Positions 26,337 through 40,558 of a stretch of 64,000 nucleotides of DNA are shown in pieces (position 1 is the first letter of the stretch; every line of letters starts with the position of its first letter). Source of the stretch: Octopus bimaculoides (Eukaryota); assembly GCF_001194135.2 (NCBI RefSeq), contig NC_068981.1, forward strand, positions 65,284,776-65,348,775, written 5' to 3'. Below the pieces are notes generated by a model. It worked only from the letters and a program-made list of their open reading frames with translations. It was not told the DNA's origin and ran no database searches. Position numbers and translations under genes: made by a program.

Positions 26337-27012
26337 TATATATATTTATGATATTGAAATGTGGATATATGCATTCAAACATACAACCTTTCTATAAGAT
26401 GAAGAGAAATGTTATCCACAGCTGAGTTCAGCCAAACATACTATCACACTTAAGTGTTATAATGTTTGTATCTATAGAGTAAAATTAATAAATAAAATAA
26501 TCTTCAGATTTCTGACACTTCCATATGTTCTTTTACAAATAAATAATAGCAAATTTTCCATAACTTGAGGTATTCAATTGTAGAATATGAGTTCTTTGGC
26601 TAGTAGCATATGGAATTTAATGCTTTCCTCAATTCAAGGGCATTGGGTACATCATTCAGATGAAATAGAATCATCATGGAAAGGAAACTGTTGCAGAGTT
26701 AATCCATTGATAGCTTATCTCGTAGTGCATCACACTAGCTACATATCACTTTTGTTTTTCCTTGTTGGCATCATTTGGATGAATTTCCTCAGTATCACAT
26801 CTAAATCCTGCATTATCTTCTCTGTGAGAGCCAACTTCCTGTGATTGTCCTCACTAGTCTTTCTTTGTTATGCATTAATATAATATTAAAATGCACTGTT
26901 AGTTTTTCTGTTTGTGTGTGCTGTGTTGTTGACAAAAACACCATTGTGGTGGTAAGATGTTTCAATCAACGTACTCTTAAACACAAGCTTTTTTGCTTGA
27001 AATAACTTCCAG

Positions 27013-27110
27013 TACATTTCTGAGACTTGGAATCTCAAAACCTTTGTATCGACATGGAAGTACAATTTCTCTCCATTGATGGATGACAGACAATGGAAAA
27101 GAATGTGTAT
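27013..27110 (+). CDS. Candidate coding exon (YISETWNLKTFVSTWKYNFSPLMDDRQWKRMC)
   Basis: Acceptor aataacttccag, donor AT|gtgagc, phase 0 to 2. Caveat: the minus-strand frame WREIVLPCRYKGFEIPSL resembles the L1/Tx1 W...LP...GGLG.P.L motif. Confidence 0.22.
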
Positions 27111-27439
27111 GTGAGCAGGAAGAGGTACACAGACATACATATGAAAATGCACGTACATAATACATATGACTAAGAGAAATGTGTCGGGCATCAAATACAC
27201 ACACACACACACACACTTCAAATAACAGATTTGATTGCACAAATACACTGGCAAAACATACAGCAACATACATACAAGACCAAGAGACACATATATACAC
27301 AGGTACATACTATGTGTGAATGAACAATATTTTATTGTGAAGAGAGAAAGATATGGGGAAAAAGAGAAAGTAAAACGAAAGTGATGTTCTGTTGATGTAA
27401 TGATTTGTTTTCATTAAATAATTGTGTGTGTGTTTTACA

Positions 27440-28250
27440 CACACACATTATCAGCTTCGTGCCCTCACTGTGTCCAAGTGTTGGCTTGCCAAGACATTCT
27501 CCAATTCCATCTGGATACGTCAGCATGGATATAATCAGCCAAGCTCTTGTTTCCAGTCCCTTTGGATGTCATCAGTCTACAAATGTCTTTCAAAGCCTCT
27601 TATCTTCTTCCCCCCACAACACTTCCTGTCAGAATGGTCTTGAGCAGTGACTCAATATGCATTGCATGTCCAAAATATGATAGCTTTGCAGACTTGATTC
27701 TCAACAATAAGTGCCTTTGCTCTTTCAGCTTTTCTAGTACTACACCATTTATTACCCTATCTTTCCACCTTATCCTGCCCAACCTGCAAAAGATGCACAT
27801 CTCAAAAGCTTCCACTTTTTTCTTCATAACCGTACACAGTGTGCAAGTTTCTGCCCTATTGTACACAAATGACATACTATAGCAGTTTACTAGCCTTAAT
27901 TTTAGATGCAGTTATGTCTTTAGAAGTGAGAGTATTTTTCATACCTATAAATGTTGTTTTAGCTTTATTTATTCTCTGAATAAATTCTTCACAGTGACCC
28001 TCCTGAGTTATTTTTTTTATCCTAAATATTTGCTCGAGTATCTGTCCATTTATCTTGATAGTTGCTTCCTTTTGTCTTACTAATAACCATTGTCTTTGTT
28101 TATATTCATATTTAGACCTTTCTTGTCACTTTGTTCTTTTAGAACATCAACAATTTCTTGTACTTTTTCAGAGCTATCTGCTAAAGGAACTGTATCATTT
28201 GCTTATATTAAATTCATACCATTCATTAGGAGTCCTTTGATTTCACTTGA
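27440..28250 (-). mobile_element. Degraded 5'-truncated RTE LINE: RT C-terminal half to 3' end
   Basis: Minus strand reads NGMNLI*ANDTVPLADSSEKVQEIVDVLKEQSDKKGLNMN (decayed YADD), then KKKVEAFEMCIFCRLGRIRWKDRVINGVVLEKLKEQRHLLLRIKSAKLSYFGHAM, the typical RTE ORF2 C-terminus. Stops and frameshifts present. Confidence 0.9.
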
Positions 28251-28320
28251 CTCTCTGCTGCATTTTGGTTGTGACAAACCAATGCTAACCTGAGAAAATG
28301 AACATAGAATATATATATAT

Positions 28321-28672
28321 CATTCATCATCTTCATCGTATAATGCCTGCTTTCCATGCTGGCATGGGTTGAGTGGTTTGACTGAAGACTGGCAAGCCAG
28401 TAGGCTGCACCAGGCTCCAATCTGATCTGGCAAGGTTTCTACAGCCGGATACCCTTCTTAATGCCAACCACTCTGAGAGTGTAGTAGGTGCTTTTTATGT
28501 GCCACCGGCACAGGGGCCAGTCAGATGGCACTGGCATCGACCACGTTTGAATGGTGGTTTTTACATGCCACCGGCATGGGAACCAGTCAGGCAGCATTGG
28601 CATTGGCCACGTTCGGATGGTGTTTTTTACATGCCACGGGCACAGGGGCCAGTCTGGAGGCAATGGCATAAT
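28321..28672 (-). mobile_element. RTE LINE 3' UTR fragment with three internal tandem units
   Basis: Matches 21471-21910 (TTTCCATGCT.GCATGGGTTG, GGAT.CCCTTC.TAA.GCCAACCAC). Confidence 0.8.
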
Positions 28673-28961
28673 CCAGGGAAATAATAATTTATTTATTCTT
28701 CTCATTAGTTTGTTATCGAACTGTTGCTATACTGGAGCACCACCATCAAGAATTTTAGTTCATTATGTTCACCACAACATTTTCTCTGATTACTTACTTT
28801 ATCACCCTTATATGGTGTGTAACAGTAATGTTGAACTGAGCATAAAGGGGCATAAACAGCATATAACTCAATTCAAGTATTTCTGTTTAAACAAACCAAT
28901 TTTGGTATTCTGCACATATGTACCTACCTACACACATACACACACACACACACTCTCTCTG

Positions 28962-29000
<39 letters not shown>

Positions 29001-29010
29001 NNNNNNNNNN

Positions 29011-29053
<43 letters not shown>

Positions 29054-29557
29054 GTAATTGTCTTCTGCCAAATTTCACTCACAAGGCTCTTTTGGTATCC
29101 AGAGCCATAGTAGAAAGCATTTATCAAATGTTGTCTGATAGAACTAAATGTTTGTAATGCAAACTTCTTAATGATATGCTATGACCACAATGGTGATGAT
29201 ATTTCAAATCCTCAGATTTCATACTCTTCAGAGTCTGTCTACAGAATTTTTTTTTCTGTTACGGTAGTTTTTTTTTCTTAAAAGAGAAGAAAAAGAAAGA
29301 AAATCTATTTCAATAATTATCTTTAAGAAGCAATAATTAAACGATAATTTTCTCTTCATGTTTTCCTAATTCTTCTCTTTAGTTATATGCAAGTTAATTA
29401 ATTTGTTTATGCAATGATTATATTAAATATTTAGGTTAGCGATTGTTGACTTGAGCAAACAAGAAAAAGCTAGTTAGAAATAGCAGCCAAATCTTAATGC
29501 AGATTACATTGTCATCTTAAAAAAAAAAAGAAAAAATCCATCTTGTTACTGTAATCC

Positions 29558-29605
<48 letters not shown>

Positions 29606-29689
29606 ACATAAATAATATATAAATATATGCATATATCCATACATATATGTACATACCTACATCTATAGGTATACATACATGCATATCTG

Positions 29690-30200
29690 AGTACAGGACA
29701 TCACAAAAAATGTTAAACACAATGAGAAACGAAGACAAAGACAAAGATAGAAAACAAACTTTTTTTTGAACAACGAAAATAACAGAGAAACGAGACATGC
29801 AACATAACGAATTTTTCCTTTCTTCAGTTGTCCCTGTTCCATATACTCCGCGTTTCAAAGGCAAGGACAATATGCAACTTCGTTGGAACAGTCCTTCCCG
29901 CAAAAGCAAATTAATTGAATTTGAAATTTTTTGCGGAGGGTGAAAGTGTAAACAATAACAGGACAGTGAGAACAAGACAGTAAAAACAAGACAGAACAGT
30001 AAAAACAAGACAGAACAGTGAAAACAAACGGTGAGGGCTGTTAGGCCAAGATGATAGAGAAATCATTATTTTGAATGCGAAGTTAGATGTGAATGAAAGA
30101 CAAAAAAAATTCACGTCTTCTCTATAGGAAGGCAGGAAGTGGAAAGAAAGAATCCCTTTCGTCACGTGTCAGCGACGAGAGGGTCAAGGAGGTGGAGTGA
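29690..30200. repeat. Interspersed repeat of undetermined class (possibly a Penelope-like terminal segment) with a short internal tandem (ACAGTAAAAACAAGACAGA)
   Basis: CpG-retaining block. The internal 19-bp tandem shows as repeated LFCLVFTVL in the ORF track. Class is recollection only. Confidence 0.35.
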
Positions 30201-30898
30201 GAGAGAGGGAACAGTGAAAGGAAGAGAAGAATAGGAGAGGGTTGGGAGAGAAAAACAGAAAGGATGAAGAACAAGAGAGGGTGAGAGATAGACAGAGAAG
30301 TGATAGTAATAGTAGTAGAGTGTGCAATAAAAACATAGGACAGCTGGTAAGGATCTATATTCTTAATAGGTTTGTTTTATCTGGGTTAATTTGGTGTTAA
30401 ACAAGTTTTTTTTTCAATTCATATTCTGTATCTTTATCTTTTTCCCTACTTTGCTTCCACTTTATCATTTCATTCCAGCAGTTTGTTACTGTTTACTCCA
30501 AGTCAGCCTTGATTGAGTAATACCTATTATCAAAGATATTCTGGCTGTGATCATCCTATCTTTTATTTCAGGCATAGTGTTTTTAGCAATACATTATGCG
30601 ATGTGTCCATCCTTTTTTGAGCTAGTAAGTTGTGATGCGAAGAAAATTTAGCTATCTTTTTATCAGACTGATGGCAATGTAGAGCCTTCTTCATTGACTC
30701 ATTCTAGCATAGTTTATATAGAACTATTAATTCATATGTTCTTTGTTGTCTTATGTAATTTTCCTTCTTATGCTGCAATAAAATAATGTAAGTCTACACC
30801 ATTTTATTGCAAGCCAAACATAGAATGCAACGTTTGGCATGAAAATTATACACGATATTGTCAAGTATATGAATTAATAATTTAATGTTTTTACACAG

Positions 30899-30926
30899 AA
30901 TTAATTCATACACTATGTTGTCTGAA
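30899..30926 (+). CDS. Candidate micro-exon (INSYTMLSE)
   Basis: Acceptor tttaatgtttttacacag, donor GAA|gtatgt, phase 2 to 0. Confidence 0.18.
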
Positions 30927-31214
30927 GTATGTATGTTTCCTTGCCATTACAGGTTCTGTGGTTTTGATTTCTAAATAATTTCCTGTGAAAATCACCATAA
31001 TATGCGAGTGATGCACTATAGCTAATGTTTTTTCAGTAATTCTGAAGAAATAGAAAAAAGAGCAAGTTGTGTGTGTGAGAAGTCGTAAATTATTGACGGC
31101 ATTGTTGAAGTGACACTCAAAAATAAAGTCCATCCTATTGCAAGGGGCACTCATGATTAGATTCGAACTCAGCGTTGTTTTTTTTTCTATTGCTACTACA
31201 ATGGTCTCAACTTC

Positions 31215-31450
31215 TTGGAATTAGTCTTGTACTTCCACCACTCGGGTACCTCTGACCCACTTGTCTCTCCACCTCTCATCATCTTTGTTGCATCCATCTC
31301 TCTCTATCTCTACACTAATTACTATGTCCAGTCTTTCCCCAGAACATTGTCCCTCTGGAATCTCCTTGTTCATGTCTTCCTTACAGGCATTGACTTATCA
31401 TTGACAGTATCATCCCTTTTGGAAGGCCTGCCAGTGTCATGGGCTCTGCC
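31215..31450 (+). mobile_element. Degraded CR1/L2 LINE 3' end
   Basis: TNYYVQSFPRTLSLWNLL..VF resembles the CR1/L2 C-terminal T..Y..SFFPRT...WN.LP..VF. Confidence 0.55.
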
Positions 31451-32029
31451 TCTTCCTCCAGACTCAACAAGTGAAAAAAAAAAGCTATTGAAATGTTTTG
31501 TTCATTTCCAGCGTTGCTACTTATAGTAGTGGGTTGAACTATTTTGTGGTATCTGTTTATAGCTAGGTGGACCTCAGTAGTTTAGAGTTAGGTAAAATAG
31601 CCATAAACTGTTGCATCATGAATAACAATAGACCTTTCAGACAGCAGTCCAATTTCACACTAACCTTACCAGCTGAAGTTCTTGCAGTAAGGGCTTTAAA
31701 ATAATAGTTATTGTTCTTATAGTTAATTTAAAGGATATTAAAAAGCTAAATGGATATAACAATGATTAATATTATTGTCTTTTTTTTTCCAGCAAATAAA
31801 GGAAACAACTATGGACATATTTTAGTCTTGTTCTCGTGTCATTAGTAAAGCATAGCTCTCATTGTACTTTCTGAAGTAGAGATGAAACAATCATTAAGTA
31901 AATATACATTATTGTGCAATTTATATTCTAAATGATAACCTTAACATATCTTGTGTGATTTGAGGCATTTGTTTTAAAATGTTTAGATTGTTTTTTATTG
32001 ATGTAAACAAGAAATTCCTGTTTCAGATG

Positions 32030-33050
32030 TAAATGGTTGTTAGTGATGTTGGAAATGAGTGTGATAAGACGATATTTAGCAGGGTCAGGATGCCCACTCT
32101 TCTTGGGAATGGGACACGCTGTTTCCAAAAATCGGGTTATATTCCTTGAGAGAAAATGTGATAACGATAGAGATATTTCAAAGTTTAAATTTTTTAAGGA
32201 ATTCTTTTATAATTTACCTATATCAAAAGGAAATTCCCCCTCCCCCATCCTTCAAGTACAGTATTCTGAATATGCATGTTAGAGAATGAACTTGTGACTT
32301 TGCAAGCCATTACTTGAGCTTATTAAATCTTGGTTCCTACATGTCTTTCTGTATATGAGCTAAGATTATCAAATCAAACAAAATGAAGGGAAAAGAAGAC
32401 TGCTGTTTCCATATTTACAATAGGCAACAAGTTGTTCATTGAAAATCCTTCCTCTAAATAAATTTCCTCCTCTTCTGATGTCTCCTTCTCTTATATCTTT
32501 ATTGTGTATTTGTTCTTCTTATTTGAACAAAACTGTAGGATTTCTTTTCTATTAATGCAACTATTGAAGTGTTTTCATATTTTAGTTTGTGCTAATTTTA
32601 GTGGGTTTTAGTTATTGTTACTAGCTGAGTTAATCACTGAGACTGAATATGATTTGGTGCTAATTAGACAGTTTTGTCTATTATATGAACCCACAGCTGC
32701 CGTTTGATTCATCTGTACTGAGCTTTGTTTAGTTAGGAGTTCATCATAGAAATGTTCGTATTTACTCATACAGCTTATTTCCTTTTTTCCGTCTGGCTGT
32801 TGGATTAGTTTCTAATTTCTCTTGTCATCAGAAGAGCTTTACCTGGTGCCAATAATAAGTTTGTTTGTAGGTGGAGAAGTCCTTTTGTTTTCGTTTTTGA
32901 TTTCAGCTGCTGTTGATGTTACAAGAATGCTTGTGATACACTAAGCTAGCATGGAGATTTGAGCTAACTTCACAAATATCCCAGTCCATGCTGCTGCCAA
33001 GTAAATGTTGCTATTAATTTTCCTAAGTTTATTGCCAGACGAATGGTGAA
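32030..33050 (-). mobile_element. Degraded CR1/L2-type LINE ORF2 (start of RT, plus probable upstream linker)
   Basis: TACPIPKKSGHPDPAKYRLITLISNI (32040-32130) matches WK.A.V.PIPK.G....P.NYRPI.L.S. The extension to 33050 is weaker. Confidence 0.6.
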
Positions 33051-35746
33051 ATAATCTAAGAGAGTATTTTGACTCTATTTTCTAAATAGAAATGATGTTT
33101 GAGTGTTGCATCTTTATTTGTATTTCTTTTTAGTTAATTTCCTTTTGTACTCTGGGCATCTCCATACACAGAAATTTAGATTAATTCTTATACTTCTTAG
33201 CAAATTATTTAGATCACTAATGCCTTTGGGAAATGCATCAGTGTCACAAAGACCATTCCCCAACTCCAGTTTTAGACTGGCAAAAAGTTATTAGATTATA
33301 TAAAAGTATTGATGAGATAGTATAAGTTCTAAGATAAAATGCTCAGACAGTGGTATTTGATACTGATTTTGATTTCAAAACTTTCTACAGTTAATGAAGT
33401 AAATACCAGTACATTATTAATGTGTATCTTAGTTACGATCATTCTTTGTATAAATTTGATCTTGTTTATAATCAAAACAAACAGTACTAATGCAGTTACT
33501 CCAACCTTGACCATTGACCATTTTATATATGTATATATATAAAACCCTCTAGTGTCCAATATGTCCTTCATTTTTTTTTTTTGTTTTTTTGTTATGTGAT
33601 GNNNNNNNNNNTTTTTTTTTTTTTTTTTTTTTGTTATGTGATGGTAAGGTGTGATCCGAGAGAAATTTGGCTGCTAGCAAATTGGCAGAAGTTATAGAAC
33701 ATCACTTTAATTGTCTTGCAGTATTTATTTTGGTACTTAGCATTCTGTGTTCAAATCCCATGAAGATCAGCTTTGCTTTTCCGTTTATTCGGTATCAATA
33801 AGGTACCAGTCTAGAGTGATAAACTAGCAGAATTATTAGTGTCATGCAGGTTATGTTGTGGTATTTGTTCCAGCTCTATGAATTCTGAATTCAAAGCCCA
33901 TTGTGGCCAACTAATCACCAGAAAAGGGATTGGAATCTTCTTGTGTATGACCATACTTAACCATGGATGACGACAGAGTTATCAAAATATTCTTATCAAT
34001 TATTTTCCCCTTCATTTCATGTTTGACTTATAGAAATTAAGTCAAATTTACTTGGCAATGACACAGACTGGAATAACATTAGAGCAATCCATGTTATTCA
34101 ACCGACTGAGAGCAGACGATGATGACAATGATGATGATTATGATGATGATGAGCAACTACATATAGTACTGTTGTCTGGTGATAGCAATTCTTGGATGAA
34201 ACTTTCATCACTAATGCTCTTATGGAAAGCATAAATATCACATCTCATTATTTCACCTTTTCTGTATGTAGGAAATGATGGTTAACAAGTCGGTTATCAA
34301 ACTGTGAGTGTAACAATATTGATTTCTTAATGGACAGGAGGCTACAAGATTTTAGGGAGAGTGAGGTCAGTTATGTCAGTTTAGTACTTGACTAGTACTT
34401 ATTTTATCAGCACCAAAACGATGAAACGGAAGTTGAACATAAAATAACTTAACTGAATACTGCATGGCATTTTTTTTCTTGTTATTCTCTACTAATTTTA
34501 CCAGTCTTCCACCCTTGTAATTAGTGCTGTATTAACAGAGCAAATTGTCTCCCTGCTAGTAACCAATTCCAGCTGTGATAGAGTTTGAACTCATGACCTC
34601 GGCTATTGCGATTCTTTTCACTGATATATATATATATATAATTAAGAATATCATCCCAATAGAATTTAGAGCATTTGCTATTTTGTTGCTTAACTCTTAT
34701 CTTGATATCTGGCTTAAATATATCAAGTTGATATAATCCTCTACTTGATATATTCTGTTTAGGCTAATGGATTTTACAACAAGCTTAGACTAAATTTCAT
34801 TTTTGATCTTTTTGAATACTTCCACTACATTACCATTTAAAATGTTCTTATCCACCCCTAGTTGCCTGTTGATTGCATTAGTATATAATAGTGAAGCTTT
34901 TGATTATGGAATGACCACTCTGCTATAGTTTATGCTATTAAATACCATTAAGAAGTTAGTGTGTTTGGTTGTCTGCTCAGTGTGCATTAGTAAGGCACTA
35001 ACATTTTGAAGCACTGAATAAATGTTGATTGAATTTTTGAATGTTGTATGCAAGACTTCATGTAATTGTTGATATTGAATTTGAACTAGTGTGATGTCAT
35101 TATTATGCTAATATTCAGGGCAGTGGGCTGGCAATATTGTTAACATGCCAAGCAAAATGCTTAGCAGCATTTCGTCCATCTTTACATTCTGAGTTCAAAA
35201 TTCCACCGGGGTCGATAAAATAAGTGCCAGTTGAATACTGGAGTTGATATGATCAACTTATCCTTTCTTTCCGAAATTGCTGACCGTATGCCAAAATTTG
35301 AAACCATTATCATGCTAATACTATTACATGCTTTTTGCATACTTGCACATGATTGCATCTTAGGTGGGTTCCAATGTGATATAACAGCTTGGCTCATCAG
35401 ACTACGTGTAACTTTGAATGGACACTGTATAACCTGGTAGCCTGTTCTAACTTGTTGAATGTAGGACAAGTATTGGATCTGGTCAATCATTGACATTTAG
35501 CATTTCTGTCAATAGGCCCTAACCAGCCTTCAGAGTTAATTGAAAGGTTGCACAAATTGATTATTTAAAACTTTATATTACCATATCGGTATGAATGCTG
35601 TAGTTTTTTTTCTTTTTAATAGTTTGTTTTATTGGTTTCAGTTTTGTAATTGCACTGGGGATCAATTATATTCTCAATCATTTTTACAAATGTATGCTAA
35701 TACACTGAATTATAGTATATATCATCTAGTATGGAATAAATCATAC

Positions 35747-35798
<52 letters not shown>

Positions 35799-36444
35799 CA
35801 CACGTATGCATTTGAATTATATCTTTTATCTTTCAGTCATTAGACTGCAGCTATGCTGGGGCACGGCTTTGAATTTTACTCAAATGAATTGACCTCAGTG
35901 CTTTTTGTTTTAAAGCCTGGTACTTGTTCTATCAGTCTCTTTGCTGAACCGATAAGCTACAGGGACGTAAACACACCAACACTAGTTGTTAGCAGTGGGG
36001 AACAGACACAGAGAAAACACACACACACGATGAGCTTCTTTCAGTTTCCATCTATGAAATCCACTTGCAAGGCTCTGATCAGTTTGAGGCTACAGTAGAA
36101 GACATTTGCCAAAGGTAAAATGTAGCAATGTGCCACAGCCATATCTATGAAAATCTTGTAGTTTTTACTCAAAGCCATGTCATGTAAGTTTTTGCTGTCA
36201 TTTAATCCCAAGTTAGTACCACTCAAGTAAACTTATAGTCAGTAACATTCCAGATGTGATCTTTCAGTTTTTAATTCAGGAATTGCATATCTAGAACTAC
36301 ATTATCCAAAATGTCTTTCTTTAACTTTTTTTTAAATGATAGGATGTAATTTCTAGGTCAGGCATGTTGGGGTTCTTTGTTGATTCATCTTGTAAATGTA
36401 AGAAAATTATGAAAGTCATTTAATATAGATTAGGAAATATGCGT

Positions 36445-36850
36445 ATCATCATCATCATCATTATTGTGACCACTTTTTCATGCTTGCATGATTGAGACAG
36501 AACTTGAGGTAGATTTCCTATTGCTAGATGCCCTTCTGGTTGCTAACCTTCACATCTTTCCAAGCAAGGTGATATTTCCACTTGGCCAGACATGTTTATA
36601 CAGAAGACTGGAAATGAAGGATACTGCTTAAATGATGGTGATGCAAGTTTACTATTATCATGTGATATCAAGACGGGGACATTCACATACATACATATAT
36701 ATATGTACAAAGGGTTTCTTTTAGTTTTATCATATGGTTTAGATCAGCCTAGGTTATAGTAGAAGACAGTTGACCAAAGTGCCACACAGAGGGACTGAAC
36801 CCAAAACCATGTGGTTGGGAAGCAAGTTTTCCTATCATATAGCCATATTC
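36445..36850 (-). mobile_element. SINE family A2: family A tRNA head joined to a different body and an RTE-like (GAT)n tail (also 38665-39065 -, 55670-56070 -, interrupted copy about 50770-51340 +)
   Basis: 36700-36850 is the reverse complement of the A head. 36445-36670 carries TTTCATGCTTGCATG and GATGCCCTTC...GCTAACC blocks shared with the RTE 3' UTR. Confidence 0.75.
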
Positions 36851-36942
36851 TATATCACTTAAACATGCTATAAACTTTTTTCAATAATATTAGAGTACAT
36901 TTTATTCTTTTATGTCTATTTTATATATTCCTCTACACTCAG

Positions 36943-36999
36943 ATTAATTCTAAGGAAAAATTTCAAAGACAAGTAGTTTTTGTAAATTCTGAAGTGTTT
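36943..36999 (+). CDS. Candidate coding exon (INSKEKFQRQVVFVNSEVF)
   Basis: About 40-nt pyrimidine tract ending ctctacactcag, consensus donor TT|gtaagt, 57 nt, phase 0 to 0. Confidence 0.4.
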
Positions 37000-39607
37000 G
37001 TAAGTTCTAAGCATTGTAGCCCATTGTTCTTTTAATACACATTTCATCCCTGCATATGCATTTAAATATTCTGTTATAAGCTGGAAATAAACCAATACTC
37101 TTTGCATTATGTTTACAATATAGTTGACATTCACTCCATTATGAAACTTCAAAATACATGAATCAGCTTCATTTGATGTTTATGTTTTGGTGAAAAAGGA
37201 ATAAAATATTGTCTTGAGGTAGGGGTACATGCAAAAAATAGAAGTGAATATTACTTGAAACTTTAGGATAGTTTGCTTAGTAAGTTGTTCAATTACCTAC
37301 TTCCACTGTGGTATCATTGTTAAAAAGATAATGGAGTCATTAAAAGAATGAAATATTGGCACATTCTGTAAATAAAAGCAATCATGCTTTAGAAGATAAA
37401 AACTGTTGTACATAGAAGATTGTGTGTGTATGTGTGTGTGTGAACTAGAAGTACAAACACATTTGTATATTGCTCTTATGTCACAAGCATGTACTAAAAA
37501 CTTTTGTTTTTCTTTGAGAGAGAAAGAAAAAAAAAACATTGTGGAATGTGCATGTATGTATGTGAGTAAACAAATCTGTTAAAATAGAGAAAATAAATTC
37601 AAGAAATGTTCTTTGAATTTAATTAACTCTTCTATTATCATGGCAATAAATAAACACCAACAGAGGGTATATGTATGGTGTAAGTTTACAGTATAAGAAG
37701 TCCTGTAGGAATGTCTCTGTGATTTTTACATTTGAATTTGACTTTTCTGCATTAATTACTTCACTGCTGATAGTCTTTGTTTTGTTAGCGTGTGACTCCA
37801 TACATAGTTCAAATTTAGGTTGACATCTTGAGGGTAAATAAAATAGAATGAAGTAAAATAAAATCTTAAAGAAAATCATTATTATTTAAAATTTAATCAA
37901 TTATATTTTTGCTTTCTTTTTTTTTTTCTTCAAATCTAAGTTGACTAGTAAGTAATTGACATTCTAATGCAGTGAATTGGGCTGAGTCAGTAGAAGGCTG
38001 TGTAGGACTTGAAATGTTTTAACTGTATCTAGCTCAGTATTTTACAAACTTGAGTTCAAATAGTGGCTGAATTAACTTCAGTTTTTATTCTTTCCCTAGC
38101 ATGGATCAGCACCCATCACTCTCACAGGCTCTCTGATTCTGGTGATATTGATACAGTTTATATTCAACTTGTATCATAAGTAGGAAGGGAATTCTTCTGA
38201 GAATAAAGGACTGGGTGAAATTGATGTGGGGTTTAAAGGATGAGACATAGTAAGGGGAATGTGAAGGGAGATGGATGGGCCTAGAAGTTGGTAAGCAACT
38301 AGCTAGTTTAGAAAAGCAGAGGCTTGTACAAGTTGTTATTGCAGTGGTGGTGGTGGTGGAATTAGGAGAAGATGAATAGCCAAAGAGTGCAGGGGCAGCA
38401 CATCTATGAGCCAGAGGTTGCAGTGAGTTGCTGAGTGACTTTTTGCGAATTAGTCAGGTGCAGGGTTAGCATTTTCCCTTAGATAAACAAGGTGATTGTC
38501 TAAGCCCTAAAATCTGAGGATACCAGAAAAAAAAAATGTACGACAAATTCTTTTTTTTTTTTTTCATCTTCAGCTGTGTATTCATTTCTGTCAACAAAGA
38601 ATTAACGTTTTGGCAGTGGCAGAAAATTGAATTATCAATAGTAGAACAATTGTTGCATTATTGTATATCATCCTCTTCATGTTCACTTTTCCATCCCTAC
38701 ATGTGTCACATGTAATTAGAGGCAGATTTACTGTGCCCAGATTCCCTTTCTGCTACCAACTCTCACTTGTTTCCAAGTAAATATTTCCCTGTGGCTGGAA
38801 TTGTTTCCACAGAAGATTGGAAATGGGTATCACTTGTATAAAAGTGACGCTCATCTACAACTATCACATAATGTCAACGCAAGGAAACATATTCACACAT
38901 ACATACATGATGAGCTTCTTTTAGTTTCCATCTACCAAATCCACTCACAAGACTTTGGTCTGATGGGAGTAGAACACCTCTTAACCCAAGGTGCCCCAGA
39001 ATGAAACTGAACCCAAAAACATGGTTGGGAAGCAATGTTCTTAACCACACAGCTATGCTTGCACCAATGTTATACACTATATAAGATACACTCCTGGTTG
39101 TATACAACAAATGGACATACCTGGAAGAAGGGGGTACTCATTGTAAGGTTAGCATATTGTACTGAAAACTCTGGTACCAGTCCTGGTCAGAAGGTTTTTG
39201 TTTTGTTGTGATCTAAGGTGTGAATGTGTGTGTGCATGCGTGTGTGTATATATGTGTAACACTTGTTATGGGAGTAGTATTCTGTTAGTGCGACTTCAGG
39301 TCTGTACGGGGTCAGTAATTAGTCAGAGCTGAAATATTTTCTGACTATCCCTTGGAAGCATAGTTTTTGTAAGTGGGATTATCATAGATGATGAAGTCTA
39401 AGGGCTTGAAAGAAATATAGAACGTTTATTCATTCAAACACTAATTTCTCCTCTTTTAGCAAAATTCCATCCATCCGTCTTCTCTACCCAATATTCCTGT
39501 GAGGGTCATGGAGTAGAAACCTCAGGTACTTCTTCCGTAGGGCCATATCAGAAGCAACCATCATTACATTTTTAAGCTGGATTCTGAAATGTGACCAGCT
39601 GAGGAGG

Positions 39608-39935
39608 AGACCCCTTTTGGTTATGAATGACCATGGAGTTGCACCTAGAAAGTTCCCCTCCAAGGCACAAGTCCAAGCATGGTTTTTTTAATGGAAGACC
39701 AGCAATTGCTCATGCAGACCAGTCTCCCTTCCCCACACCACTGATGTTGTCCAAGGGAAAGAAAGGCAAAAGCTGATACAGCTTGGCACCAGTGATATTG
39801 CATCTCATTTCTATAGTTGAGTGAACTGGAGCAACATGAAATAAAGTGTCTTGTTCAAAAGCACAACACAGCCCAGTTTGGGAATTGAACTAACTACCTC
39901 AGGATTGTAAACCTGATGCTCTAATCACTGAGCTA
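39608..39935 (-). mobile_element. SINE family D
   Basis: Reverse complement of 15028-15315 including the tRNA-like head. Confidence 0.8.
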
Positions 39936-40510
39936 TAACCAAGGCTATGGTTATTATCCAACCCTTTCATTCTTGATCTTCTCCACTAGATCAGTCACTT
40001 GACTTGGGTTGAAAAATCTTGTCTTGCAATTCTTTCCTGCAACATTTTAATCACATGTCCTTAGTACTGGAGCTGTGACCTTTTTTAATAACAAAAAAGG
40101 AAAACCACTATGTTTATAGTTATTGTACCTATCCTATAGAAAGAATTACAGTCATTCCACTGAGATTGTTTACAGGAATCTTCTTCATTGTTATATACTG
40201 TTGACTTTTCCATGGTTTTCCTCTAAGCTTGAACTGTTTAATCTGTGCTTTCTTCCCATCGCTCATGAGAGGAAATATGTGTTATGTTGTACACATTAGA
40301 TTGAATGTAATAAGTTTTATTTATTTTCTGTTTTACAATTTATTTTGTGAATTAAATTATTTTCAATAAATAAAAACAAAAACAAAAACAAAAAACAAAT
40401 GTTTGTTTAAAATTGACAAATTATGCAGCACTTGCCATAAGCAAAGTTTATTCAGGAAGTATTGCCAAGAAACGTCAAATAAGCACGCACACGTGCACAC
40501 GTACACACAC

Positions 40511-40558
<48 letters not shown>

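Noticed and set aside
32700-32960. Several + strand acceptor/donor pairs
   Set aside because: They lie in the T-rich antisense strand of a probable decayed LINE, which mimics polypyrimidine tracts.
33570-33645. Direct repeat (T)n-GTTATGTGATG on both sides of a 10-N gap
   Set aside because: Typical unmerged contig overlap at a homopolymer, so an assembly artefact.
34272-34303. Strong-looking 32-nt exon (EMMVNKSVIK)
   Set aside because: Ends in phase 2 and needs a further unconvincing exon to rejoin the chain. Left out of the model but not excluded.
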